NCBI GenBank assembly: GCA_900617105.1
Contig: UYFQ01000056.1
Coordinates: 1-64,000, forward strand
Length of the DNA: 64,000 nt
Source of the DNA: Hydrurus foetidus
Taxonomy: Eukaryota
Reading direction: 5' to 3'
Positions 1 through 11,400 of the stretch are shown in pieces. The notes under the pieces are model-generated. The model was not told the DNA's origin and made no database searches. It saw only the letters and a list, made by a program, of their open reading frames with translations. A program made the position numbers and the translations under genes. Position 1 is the stretch's first letter, and the number at the start of each line of letters is the position of its first letter.

Positions 1-2425
1 CCTGAAGTTCAGGAGTACCCGATATGTTAATCAGGGATACTGGGTCAACCGGTTCCGGATTGGTATCCGGTAACCAAGGTGAAAAGGTACTAGCCTCATG
101 TTCACCGATTTCATCATCATCTGGCATAGCCAGTTGAGATGTTTTCTCGGATTGAATGACGAGAGAAGCTAGTAGACCTGATACAATAACCCTTTGGGGT
201 GTTACTGAGGTCGCTGCCCTGTGCACTATATTAGTCGATGCTAATTGACTAGGCAACTCGAGGAATATTTGTGATTCCCGAATTGTCACTCGTCCAATCA
301 CCACATCGACTGAAGACTTGTTTAAAATAATTGCTTTGAAATTTAAAAAAGTATTTTTATTTAAACGTTCAGAAAAGTAAGTCATTTTCAAATTTATAGA
401 CTTAGAAATGTTATAACATTTTCCATCCAAGGCTGAACAAACAGTCAGTGTCTTGTCAAAAACAATAAATTCTTCTAAATGAAAATTCTTAATTACACGC
501 AGAGCAACAAAATTGCCGGCGAGCGATCCCGTATCGATCAGCACTTGTACTTCATTTCTTGGCTGGCTGGGCTGTGACACATGGGAAACAGTAGCAGTTA
601 GAAAGTCAGCTGACGAAAGATTCGGAAGAGCTCCCAATATGGAAGAAGGAATAACAACATCAGTGAAACTAATAGTTGATGATAACTTACTTGTCTTCTT
701 TAAGCTCTTTTGCTTAGTGACCGGCTTAGACGGACCCTCCGGTACAGCCGAGGCTGACGCGGTAGAAGTAGAAGAAGAGGAAGAAGAGGAAGAAGAGGAG
801 GTGGTAGGCACGTACGCTCCTCTTGCAACCATTGCATCAGGGTAATCCTTTTTCAGTTTCTTAAATGCATTGCTATCAGCATATGCACTGTCAGAAGAAT
901 TGAAGTAGGGTGATGCAGTAAATCTACACACAGAGATAGTGTGATTAGATCTTCCACAACCAACACAGACCTGTAAGGTGCGAGTGGTTGAGGGATTCGA
1001 AGACTTTGCAGTCTTCGCGGACTTAGCACGTGGTTTGATGGTGTCCTCATCAGGCTCAGCAGCGCGTTTGGAGATAGGCTTATCTTTAGAACGCGAAGCT
1101 GGGCCTGGAGTAACCTCACAACCAGCAGCCCGAAGCTCGTTAGCTGAGTTTCTGAGAGTAGTCAGTTGCGTCCACCAGAGGAATCGAAAGTCTTTCAAAT
1201 CGTTGATTGGAACAGTCTCACCGTTCACCTTGCGGCGTAAGATGAGCTGCCAATTGACGGGGTGGGTAGGCAACTGACGCTCTAGAATCTTAACAGCCTT
1301 AAGCTGTTCCTCAGCAGTAGTGCTGGGGAAATTTGCTACCAATGCACCAAGGGCAGTATCGTTACAGGAGTCAGTCTCAATGTTGTTCAAATCAAATCTG
1401 AAATTGAACGATGAGACTTGCTCGAGGAACGATGCCTGACCCAAAGGTGTACCGATGGACGCATCAGGTACTGCCTTGAGGAGTTCTTTGCAGAATCTCT
1501 CGGTAGTCCATGACTTCCACTCTTCGCACTCGTCGCGAATTGCTCTCTCAGTGCAATACTGCCTTTGCAGGAGTGTTACAAGAGATTGCTCGACGTCTAA
1601 TGGTACCACGTCAAGAAACGTATAGGGGCAACCATTCTTGCGAAGGTCATTGGTGATGCTTAAAACTTCCAGATGAGTTGGAACCTTGCTGAGCTTTCTA
1701 ACCTTTTCATGAGGTAGTAGATAGCGTGCAGCAAGGTTTGAAACAACAACATCGTTAGTAACACCACCAACGGTAGCAAAAGTTGCAACACTCTGAACAT
1801 TTCTGTTCATGACATTGCTGTCTGAAGTGAGCAACAAGGAATCGGTTTGCACCGGGTTTGCAGGCAAAACTGCGGCAGATAACACAGACAGAGGCAACAC
1901 ATCAGACACAACGACAGGTACAGAAATGACAGTGTCGGTGGTGATGTTGGCGGTGTCGGCGGTGATCGCGGTGGCAGATATCATCGTGGATGATGATGGT
2001 GATGGCGCTGGTGGCGAAAGCGCCGGCTCCAAAAATACTCCATCCGCTCGCTGGGGAAGTTGTTGATGTTCAACAGAGACTTCCCCAGCTTGGGATATCG
2101 CTAGATCCGCTGGCAGAGCTCCAGATGGGGCGGAAGATGGCTGCAAAAAAATTTGCAAGGGGTTTCCCCCTCCCACGCCGGGGGCCAAATTCGAAGAGGG
2201 GTTAGAGGCGATAGATAGGTTAGCTGCGACGTCAGTCGCAGCAACAGATGGATCTGGAAGCGAAGGAGGATTCGCCGAGTCGGAATCTCCCGTTGTGCTA
2301 GCGTCCGGAATGATGGCGACGTTTTCGACGGTGACGTCGGTTGATGGCGCTTCCTCAGAAATCGACAGGGGAGCCGTCGAAACGGCCGATGCCCTGGAAA
2401 GTCTTCGTCGGTTGCTGGAAACCAT
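1..2425 (-). CDS. Gypsy gag-pol polyprotein, N-terminal part (not in the ORF track)
   Basis: ATG at 2425 (MVSSNRRRLSRA). CCHC knuckle CVGCGRSNHTISLC at ~930-975. Aspartic protease VLIDTGSLAGNF at ~510-544 is in frame with the ATG and with the codons at the window edge. I did not check every codon. Confidence 0.8.
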   Translation of the reverse strand, partial: MVSSNRRRLSRASAVSTAPLSISEEAPSTDVTVENVAIIPDASTTGDSDSANPPSLPDPSVAATDVAANLSIASNPSSNLAPGVGGGNPLQIFLQPSSAPSGALPADLAISQAGEVSVEHQQLPQRADGVFLEPALSPPAPSPSSSTMISATAITADTANITTDTVISVPVVVSDVLPLSVLSAAVLPANPVQTDSLLLTSDSNVMNRNVQSVATFATVGGVTNDVVVSNLAARYLLPHEKVRKLSKVPTHLEVLSITNDLRKNGCPYTFLDVVPLDVEQSLVTLLQRQYCTERAIRDECEEWKSWTTERFCKELLKAVPDASIGTPLGQASFLEQVSSFNFRFDLNNIETDSCNDTALGALVANFPSTTAEEQLKAVKILERQLPTHPVNWQLILRRKVNGETVPINDLKDFRFLWWTQLTTLRNSANELRAAGCEVTPGPASRSKDKPISKRAAEPDEDTIKPRAKSAKTAKSSNPSTTRTLQVCVGCGRSNHTISVCRFTASPYFNSSDSAYADSNAFKKLKKDYPDAMVARGAYVPTTSSSSSSSSSSTSTASASAVPEGPSKPVTKQKSLKKTSKLSSTISFTDVVIPSSILGALPNLSSADFLTATVSHVSQPSQPRNEVQVLIDTGSLAGNFVALRVIKNFHLEEFIVFDKTLTVCSALDGKCYNISKSINLKMTYFSERLNKNTFLNFKAIILNKSSVDVVIGRVTIRESQIFLELPSQLASTNIVHRAATSVTPQRVIVSGLLASLVIQSEKTSQLAMPDDDEIGEHEASTFSPWLPDTNPEPVDPVSLINISGTPELQ

Positions 2426-2526
2426 ACTGGTGATCAGTGCCAGATGGTCGTCGGATCTCGGCGGTTGAAAAATCTATCTATCTCTCCAGTAACGAGAGTT
2501 CGTCTAACAACTCTCAATATTAATAT

Positions 2527-2800
2527 TGTAGTCGCGGCCGGATTCGAGTACGAAGAATCCGGGTAAAGACGGTATGCTTTGGTAAACTGTTAGGTTAGTT
2601 ACAGTTTGTGAAAGAAGAGAGCAAACAGCTAACGACAGACACAAACGATAGGCTACAAGGGTGCTGATGCTGATGAGCGTCCGTTACCGGTGGACAGGTG
2701 ATGTGGATGAAAATAGACCATGGGTACATGAATTATATACATACGTGAATTATATACAAACGTGTACGAAGCGTACGGTGAACGTACGTGCTAGGCTACA
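2527..2800 (-). repeat. Putative 5' LTR of Gypsy-A
   Basis: Ends TGTAGTC...GGCTACA form a short inverted repeat. The GTACG-rich end resembles the Gypsy-B LTR. The partner LTR is outside the window. Confidence 0.6.
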
Positions 2801-3132
2801 TAAGCAGGAGCAAGATGACCGACTTCCCCACTTGTTGGGAGAAGGAGGAAATCCTGAGAACAACGGTGTATTTACTTATAAGCCTGGGTGCGCTAGAATG
2901 TGGCTAGCTATCGAGTATGGTTGAGTAGCTAGTCATTTGCTGTACTGTGTGACACTGGAGTAACTAGTAACGCTATTATTGACCCGAGTGAATTGATGTT
3001 TTAACGGCTTGTAGTGACGTGCGTGAATATGTAAGTACATGATAATGTAACATGCGCCGATAATCGTATTTGAATGACATGAAAGAACGATTTGATATGA
3101 AAATGAGGAGACGAGTATGGCGATGGGGCTGG

Positions 3133-6100
3133 TTATGAGAGTATGTTGGTTGTCGGTATTTTGGGTGCGGGCGCTGGTTTGGGCAGGTTGTCGGAGGGGT
3201 GGAAAAGGTTTAAGAGGCGGGCGCGGAAGTAGGGGAAGGCAGACGGGGGAGTGTATTTTGTAAGTCCGTCTGGTACGATGTCGTGCGTACCTTGGTGCTG
3301 GATTGTGATGTGGTTATTTTGGCAGAGCCATCGGATGTAGTGGTGTTTGATGAAGATATGGCGTGATTTGCGGGTGACGGCGGGAGCGATGGCGAGTTTG
3401 ATAGCTGATTTGTTGTCTTCGAGGATGACGGTTGGGGCGGGTTGTGGGTGACCTAGGTCGGCGGCGAACTGACGGAAGAATACCACGTCTTTAGCGCATT
3501 TGGTGAGGGTTTTATATTCTGTTTCGCATGGGTTGAGCGAGATGTCTTTTTCACGAGCGGAGTATGCGAGGAAGGGGGCTGTATTGCTTCCTACGCTGAG
3601 TGTGTACGCGGCATGACTGGAGGCGTCGGAGTGACAGGCGTGGGAGGCATCGGCAGAGGCGATGAGGGTGACTCCGTTGGGGTGGTTGGAAGGGATGGCA
3701 GTGAAAGTGGGACCAAGGTTGGGGTTACCTTTAAGGTACCTGAGGAGTTGGATTTGGTCGGCGCGGTCGGTGGTGTTGGGGTTAGCGTTTTTGGTGCAAA
3801 GGTGAACGATCTCTTTGCGGCAGTCGTTGCGGAGTGGTACGTAGAACAGTAGTGATCCGTTGATGCGTTGGAATGCTGTCTGGTCGACAGGGGTGCAATC
3901 GGTGGGTGCGTGAAAGAGCGTGGGTAGGGAGGGTGAGAGGGCTGGTGGTAATAGATCCATGCCTGCCTTGGTAAGGAACGTTTTGATGTGGGCGCCGTAG
4001 TCGAGTGTAATAGAATGGTCAGAGTGACGGGTCACGGTAATACCGCAGATAGAGGTACAGTGGTCGTTGAAGGTTATTGGGCCGTAACGCTTTTTGAGGA
4101 GTGTCTTGTACTCGGTTAGAAGTGAGGGTGACGTTGAGAGGTAGAAGCCGTCGTCTACGTGTAGGTTGATTGTGAGTGAGTTGAGCGGGTTGATGGCGCA
4201 GACCTTGCGGTAAGTGTGGTGGTCGGAGTTGGTAGGGTGGAATCCAGCAGCGATGTGAAGTGCAGTGAGCTCTGTATCGAAAACGTGATTGGCTTGTTTG
4301 AGGCCGTAACAGGCACCGATGATTTCGGCTGTTTTGCCAGCGAGAGTGCGATCTGGGAGGTCTTTGGGTAGGATGGTCAGGAGTTGATAGCCGCCGGTAT
4401 GCGAGCGAGGGAGGGAGCTCTGGAGGAAGGCGGCGGTTATGTCGTATGACCCGATGATTAGTTGGGGGAGGATGTTCCGGTGGGCGGCGTCGGCTAGGGT
4501 GACGGCGACAATGAATGAACGGTTTGTGACGTCGGATGTGCCTGCAAAAGTGTTGGTGTAGGAGTCCGAGGGCTGGTGGGAGCCATCGATGGCGAGGCGG
4601 GCAGTGACGAGGCCGGATGCTTTTTGTTTGATAAACATGGAGCTGCGGAGGAAGGCGCGTCGAGCCTCTAAGGCATCTTGTGAGTGGAGGAGGCGAAGGC
4701 TAGCGTATTTGGTGAATTGTTTGTGTGTTTCTTTGTCTATTGCTGCGGCAATGTCGGGTGCGGGTAAAGTACGAGATGCGCGGGCGATGGACATTTCTGT
4801 ACGCTGAGTGGCTGTTGGGGTAGGGATAAGGGAGGTGGGGAGGTTGTTGAGGGAAGAGGGGTGCTGGGCATTGAAGAGTCTGTTGCGCAGAGCAGCTGTG
4901 CGGGCGTTTGCGAGTTTGGTGATTTGGGATTGGGGGTGCGCGAGCAGACTAGAACCGTACCAGTGACCGGGGGGTAGGGGGTTAGCAGCAATACGAACGG
5001 ATTTTCTGGGAGCTTGCTGTTGTGATGGCGATGGCGGAGGGGGTGGGGAGTTTGGGGGTGCAGTGGGAGTGGGGGTAGGCTGGGCGTAGATGGGTCTGAA
5101 GTTGAAGGTGGCACCGGTGGCGTTGGTGTTGGTGTTGGTGTTGGTGTTGGTGGTGATGGTGGCGGTGGGGGTGGAGGAGTAGTTGGTGTGGCCGATGGCA
5201 GGAGGTATGTTGGCGGAGGGGCAATGTTGGGGGGGACGGGGAGGCTGGGGGGGTGAAGGTTGGTTGGAGTGGGGAAGCAGTATGGATGGAATCAAGGAAG
5301 GTGACGGGATAAAGGCTGGGCATGGTTGCGGTGGTGGCGGCGATTGCGAGTGGGAGCGGGAGGTTTGGGAGTTGAGGTGGATGGTTTGTGGTGGACCTGG
5401 TGGGTGGGAGGATAAGGGGTAGGGAGGGGATGGGTGCATTTGTTGGACGGGGGATAGTGGGCTGTGGTGTTGCGGGGGACAGTGGGTCAGGGGGCAAAGG
5501 GACATGGATCGTGTGGTCTTTGGCGGTCCAATCGAACGGGACGTAGGTGGGGGGCAAAACCAGATATGCGCGACGTGGTACAATGCGGCCGTTAGCCAGC
5601 ACAAATTGGGTGTGGCCAGTGATTGGGTTAGGGCCTAGGCAGACTCCTAGTTCGGTTTTGGGTTCGGTTGCTGCTGTAGTATTGTGCTGTCGGGCGTTTG
5701 CTTGGCGTTTGTCAATGTGCTGAACGACGAGGGCAGTAGTCCCGAAGGGTAGAGGAATGGTACGCATCTTTGTGCTACGAACGAGTTCATTGGGTGTATG
5801 GGGGTGACTCTTGGTTGAAATGAGGGAGTTGCGGGTAGCGGCTGCGGCTTGGTGGAGGTAAAGGTAATAACGGGTAGGGAGATTGTACGGGAGGGGTGAG
5901 AGCATGGCGTTGGAGATACCCCGGATAGTTTGGATGTAGCGCTCAACGAGGTGAGCGTGGTTGCCGGGAAGGGAGTTAGAGAGATGGATGCCGAGGGAGC
6001 CGAGAGGGGTAGAGAGGGAGTTGTTAACATTTTCCGAGTCGCTGTGCATAGATGTGACTTTGTGGCCGTGGGCGTTGTAGATGGTGGTGATGACTGAATG

Positions 6101-7045
6101 GATAGATTTGAAAATGTGGGCGGTGGCTTTTGAGAAAGCTCCGACTACGGAGATGTAGCCTGAGTGTTCGTCGACGATGATGACCTCGTGGGTGAATCCA
6201 CCAGGTGACGGCTGGGGCAGTTGTTGAGGATCGAACGACAAGGTCTGTCCGATGGTGGTTGTGGGTGCAGAGGTTGAGGATGGGTGAGAGGGAGATCGGT
6301 ATTTTCCTGCGGCGCAATGGACGCAGTGGCCGCGGAGAGTTCGGTTGAGTAGGATGTCGGATGGGACGAGAGGAGTAGGAATTTTACCAGTGGAAATACA
6401 GAGGGAGAGGATGGCGTCCGAGGGATGTCCTAACGCATGGTGGAGAGCCTCGGCTTGGTCAGCTCGATGTCGCTGTTCCCCGGTTATGTGGGGAAGAACG
6501 GGAGGAAGTGAAGTGAGTAGATAAGATGTAGGAGTATTTGGAGGTTGATAGTGGGTGGGGTTGTTAAGGGCGGCGACGCGTAATGCAGTGAAATTGATTG
6601 GGAGAAGGTTATTAGAGTTGATAGCGACATTGTTAAGAAGGAATCCTGTTGTTGATGAATTGATAATGCTGTGGGTAAGGGGTCGGGTGGGATCAGGGCA
6701 GTAGTGTGCCCCACATTTTTGCATGTAACATAAACTCAGAAGGGTGGTGGGGATAGTTGGGGCAAGGAATGCAGCATTCATATTATTAGTGTTTGGTAGG
6801 TAGGTGAGGTATCCTGAGTGAGTTACTGGGCAAGATCCGCTCACGCCGCCTAACGAGAAAGGGGATAAGAGTGGTTGGATGTTATATAGGTCAGATGCAT
6901 GGGGTGTGACGTTGAGGCTACATCCGGTGTCCCAGAATCCTGAGTGTTTGTTTGCTGGTAGGTTAGCTAAGTACGAGAGTTGGTCAGTAGTAGGTATAGG
7001 GTCGGGTTCTGAAGGGATGGGTAGAGGGGCCGAGTCCCCTATGAC
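3133..7045 (-). CDS. Copia-A Pol (PR-IN-RT-RH), one frameshift near 5220
   Basis: Open from the gag TAG through GFWDTGCS, HHALGH..CVHC and the integrase DDE core (ORF 4982-6844). Switches in the Pro-rich linker to ORF 3133-5604 with RT and RNase H motifs. Confidence 0.85.
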
Positions 7046-8188
7046 CTAGGTTTCAGTTTTAAGAGTCTCCTCAAAGGCGGTGTCTGTGAGTTGCATGAGG
7101 AGGTTGATGGAGGTGGGAGATCCAGGGGTAGCGGCTTCAGCTTGAGCGAGTAGGGATTTCATGTTGTTATAGACGGAGGGAGTGGGAGTGAGATGACGGT
7201 TAGCTGGATTAAGGCCACAGGAAAGGGAAGTATGTGAACTAGTCTTGGGTTTCTTTGGGTAACGCTTATGACAGTGGATACAAAATACTGACGGTGCAGG
7301 TGTGTTTTTGTTGGGGGGAGGCTGAACGGCGAGGTATGCCGAGGCTTGGGTTGATGGGGTATCAGAGAGGTGCAAGAGGGCGCTGGATTTTTCCCAGTTT
7401 AGGAGGGTTGTGGCTAATGCAGCTGGATCCGTGAATCTAGCGTCAGGGTTGGCTGCTAAAAGGGTGTTGATTGGGAGGTTGTAGAGTCCGTTGCTAGGAA
7501 TACCAGTGAGTAGAGCGAAGCAGTGAAGTTGAGCTACGGAAACCATGTCGGGGTTTGTGAGACTACCGAAATCTACTTTGAATTGTTCAAAGTCAGAAGC
7601 CATGGTTTGAATATATTCGCTCAGTGTTTTGTCGCCTTGGTGCGAGTTGAGAAGCTGTCTTGTTCGCAGGAGTTTGGTGGATGCGTTGCCTGTAGAGTGT
7701 ATGGTGGTTATTATTGTCCAGCAACTGAACGATTTGAGGCCAACGTTAGCGGCTCTAAAGGTTGGGTAAGTCGGATGAGTTTCTAAAGCAAGATGTGATT
7801 CAGAGGACATGTTGGAGAAGAGATAGGTGAGTAAATCGTTATCATCTTTCTCGTCAATCTTTATTTGTGCGAGCGTACGCGTTATCGCGTCGCGCAACAT
7901 GTTGTATCCGAAAGGGGACAATTCGAGTTCGAGTGCTGGGGTGCCGGCTGTAACTTGGGCGGCCGTAGGTAGAAGTCTGTGAAAGACTGGAGCCCCAGTG
8001 ATGGTGACATCATTTTGTGTAGGGATAGTGTTGGTAGGAGGTGGAGTGCCCATGATGACAGAGTTACCAATGCGGCCATACGATGTTTGAAGCAGCCGAA
8101 AGGTCTGCTTTTTGAAGGGTGTCCAATTGGAAGAAGTCAAATCCAAGACGATTGTTGGCGCGCTACTTGCGGAGGGAGTAGCTAACAT
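7046..8188 (-). CDS. Copia-A Gag
   Basis: 380-aa ORF starting 13 nt inside the 5' LTR boundary. QGDKTLSEY major-homology-like motif. Atypical knuckle C-X2-C-X12-H-X4-C. Ends in TAG that is in frame with pol. Confidence 0.85.
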   Translation of the reverse strand: MLATPSASSAPTIVLDLTSSNWTPFKKQTFRLLQTSYGRIGNSVIMGTPPPTNTIPTQNDVTITGAPVFHRLLPTAAQVTAGTPALELELSPFGYNMLRDAITRTLAQIKIDEKDDNDLLTYLFSNMSSESHLALETHPTYPTFRAANVGLKSFSCWTIITTIHSTGNASTKLLRTRQLLNSHQGDKTLSEYIQTMASDFEQFKVDFGSLTNPDMVSVAQLHCFALLTGIPSNGLYNLPINTLLAANPDARFTDPAALATTLLNWEKSSALLHLSDTPSTQASAYLAVQPPPNKNTPAPSVFCIHCHKRYPKKPKTSSHTSLSCGLNPANRHLTPTPSVYNNMKSLLAQAEAATPGSPTSINLLMQLTDTAFEETLKTET

Positions 8189-8426
8189 GGCTATAAGTAA
8201 ATGTTGGGAGAAGGAGGAAATCCTGAGAACAACGGTGTATTTACTTATAAGCCTGGGTGCGCTAGAATGTGGCTAGCTATCGAGTATGGTTGAGTAGCTA
8301 GTCATTTGCTGTACTGTGTGACACTGGAGTAACTAGTAACGCTATTATTGACCCGAGTGAATTGATGTCTTAACGGCTTGCAGTGACGTGCGTGAATATG
8401 TAAGTACATGATAATGTAACACCACC

Positions 8427-11400
8427 TGTTGGATATAGCATAGCTATCCCTATGGGGACAATCCCTTTGGGGGAATTCCCTTTGGGTAATATCACTCAAG
8501 CCCAAGTGGAGGAGCGAGGGTAGCGCTCACAGACCCGAGACCATCACTCAAACTGTACTGAAAGTTGCAACTGATGATGACAGTGAACAGCCAACTGTAG
8601 CTAGTATAGCTAGCCATGAACTGCTATGTTTTGACACAATGAGCACTTCTAATTTAAAGAGACTATATGGCTGTGTGCCATTATACCTACACTAGAGTGA
8701 GCTGTTGAAGCGACCTTGGTCGACTAGCTGAAAGCAAAGTGTGTTCTGAACGAATCACTGCTATCATCCAGGTGCTTTGACTGGATCCAGGATCCAAAAG
8801 ACAGCCTTATTCCAAGATAATTAGAAGCCGCTAGCTAGCTCAGAATGAGTCAGCGAGGCGAGAAAGGCGCTGCCCAATCGAAACCTGAGAAGGGTGAAAA
8901 GCGCGAAAGTTCAGCAATCGGAGATGGCTCGAGGCCAGAAAGTTTGCCTGAGATAACCCACAACGGGTGGAAAGAATGGGACGCCAATATGCTGAAACTG
9001 AAAGAGTATATGAGGAGCAACTTTCAGGACCTTCAGAGCATCTGTCCCGACCCAATGCTATTCACCATCAAACCTGCCTAAAAGGTTTACAACTTCAAGC
9101 CGCCCAACTTCACATTACTGGAATCGTTCACCGAAATCTCGGATCCAAAGGGATGCCGAGCAAAGATGATGATGAATGATATCAACACCGACAGAGCATT
9201 GGTGAATAAGAGGATAATGAAGCAAATGGATGATCGTGAATCGGCATATCGCCTGATTCGGAGCATGTGTTCACCATCGCTGAACGCGATTCTGATAGTG
9301 AATTCGGAATTCATAGCAGTCGAATTCGACGATCCACTTAAACTACTTGAAGTCATCAAGTCAGTTGTTACATCAAGATGTGATGGTAATCAGGAATTTG
9401 AGCGGTCCCAGGCCCTACGGGACTGGTACACGCTGACTATGAGTACGGGTGAAGACATCGTACCGTACGGACGACGTGCGGTCAAGCTTTTCGATCGACT
9501 CGCTGCAACAGGAGTACCGGAAGCGCAGATTCCAAATGCTGTCCAACAAGCGACAAAGCTAATTGAGGGGTTGAGTAGTACCTCACAGGTCTATCATGAC
9601 TACAAGAACTATCTCAGCAATTATTTGGAGTGCAACAAGATTGACATTTATCCGAAGACCCTGATGGAAGCCATCAACGGAGCGACTAGATTCCATCGTG
9701 GGGTAAAGGGTAGTGCATTACAATCAGCGATAGTGACTCACCAAACGGCACTTGCAGCAAAGAACCTCATGAAACCGGGCGGTCCCCAAAGGGCGAAAAA
9801 CCACCCGCTAAAGAAAAGGCCAAGAAGATCAATCCGGCAAAGATTAAAGAGCCGAAAGTGTCCTTTGCTAAAGATACAAAGGAGGGCAAGTTCAGTGGGA
9901 TTTGTTACCACTGTGGAAAAGCAGGTCATCGTGCTAGTGAGTGCAGAAAGAAGGCAGCCGGAGAGCCTCCTTCAGCCCCAAAAACATCAATGTCGGCGAG
10001 GAGACAAACTGAGGAAGATGACCCCAGTGCTCAAGGAGATGTCTACACTGCTTTTGGCCAAATGTGGGATCAAGAGGTTAACGAGAATGAACATGGCGAC
10101 AGGCACTGTAGCGTGTGCTATACCACCACACCGGTGGAAGTCGCAACCCTCGGTCCTCGGACCGATTTTTCTGCAAACCGTAACATCAACCAACATAGTA
10201 CCTCCGAAGCCATCTTTGACACTGGAGCTACTGGCACCATCATTACATGTGCGGATGTTCTGAGTGACATCGCGACATGCACTCCTACTGTGTTCAAAGG
10301 CTTGCATGGTTCGCTTACTGTAACTAAAGCAGGAAACCTTCGTGACATTGGCATCGTTCATTTTGATCCGCGTGCTGGACTTTCCATCGTATCGGCATCC
10401 GATTGCCTGTTGCAAGGGCACAACTGGGAGTTTCGCCAGGGTTCTATGATAGATCAGGATGCATTTCTGCTTCACACTGATCAGAGCACCTACAAATTCC
10501 AACATCGTGGAGGGCTATATGTCGCCGATTTGGCGGTGCCTCCGGAGCCGCGATATTCTGACGCCGCAGAGCGCAGAAATGCATATGCTCATCCGGCAGT
10601 GGTAAAACACCATCTACAAGCATATTTTACTCTACAAAACTGCCTACAACGGACGCCAACGAAGCCAAATTCACGAAACGCGAAGTTCAAAGAAGCGCTG
10701 ATGCACGACGCATGCAAGCGAGTTTGGGATTTCCACCAGATCAGAAATTCATTTCTGCATTGCGAGCTGGAACGTTTCTCAACTGCGACATCTTACCTGA
10801 AGATGTCGCACGTGCTACAGAAATTTGGGGAGCAAACACGGCGTCACTCAAAGGACGCACTACTCGGCTGAGGCCTATGCCACCACCACAGCTACCTACT
10901 ACGACACGAAACTTTGATGCGCAACACATGCATTGTGACATCATGTTCATAAATAAACAGCCATTCCTAGTTTCGATTACCCATCCACTGGGAATTGTTT
11001 TGGTCGGCTGTGTTGAAAATGTTACAACGCCGGTGCTCAGACAGAGCCTCAAGCGTATGTTCGGCACCATCGGGTCCCGACGAATTTCCATCGTGAAATT
11101 TACAAGTGACAATGAGCGAGGCATCGCTGCACTTTTCAACGACATGAACGCCATGGGTGTCGAAGTGATTGCGGTTGGTCCAGGGCAACATGATCACATT
11201 ATTGAACGAATGATCAGGCACCTAAAGGAGACCATCCGCTGTACCATCTTCAGTCTACCGTACCTACTGCCTGACATACTCATGTCCTACCTCGTGACAG
11301 CCTCTGCGAAGAAGTTACTACTCTTTCCCTCATCGACGAGGACAGATAGAATTTCCCCTTTCGAAGCTTTCTTTGGTAGAAAGGCGGACACGAAAAAAGA

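Larger units (their letters stand above)
1..2800 (-). mobile_element. Ty3/Gypsy LTR retrotransposon (Gypsy-A), 5' half; runs off the window start
   Basis: Minus-strand gag-protease ORF plus a candidate 5' LTR 2527-2800. The translation near position 1 (STFSPWLPD...VSLINISGTPE) resembles the pre-RT region of the Gypsy at 61.5-63.7 kb (DTFAPFQD...IDLIHIDGTPD). Confidence 0.85.
2833..8421 (-). mobile_element. Ty1/Copia LTR retrotransposon (Copia-A), full length
   Basis: 220-bp LTRs 2833-3052 and 8202-8421 (TG...CA, 2 substitutions). Flanks CCACT/CCACC. Domain order gag-PR(WDTGC)-IN-RT(LHVDD)-RNaseH(ADAS, EDNKSAI). Confidence 0.95.
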
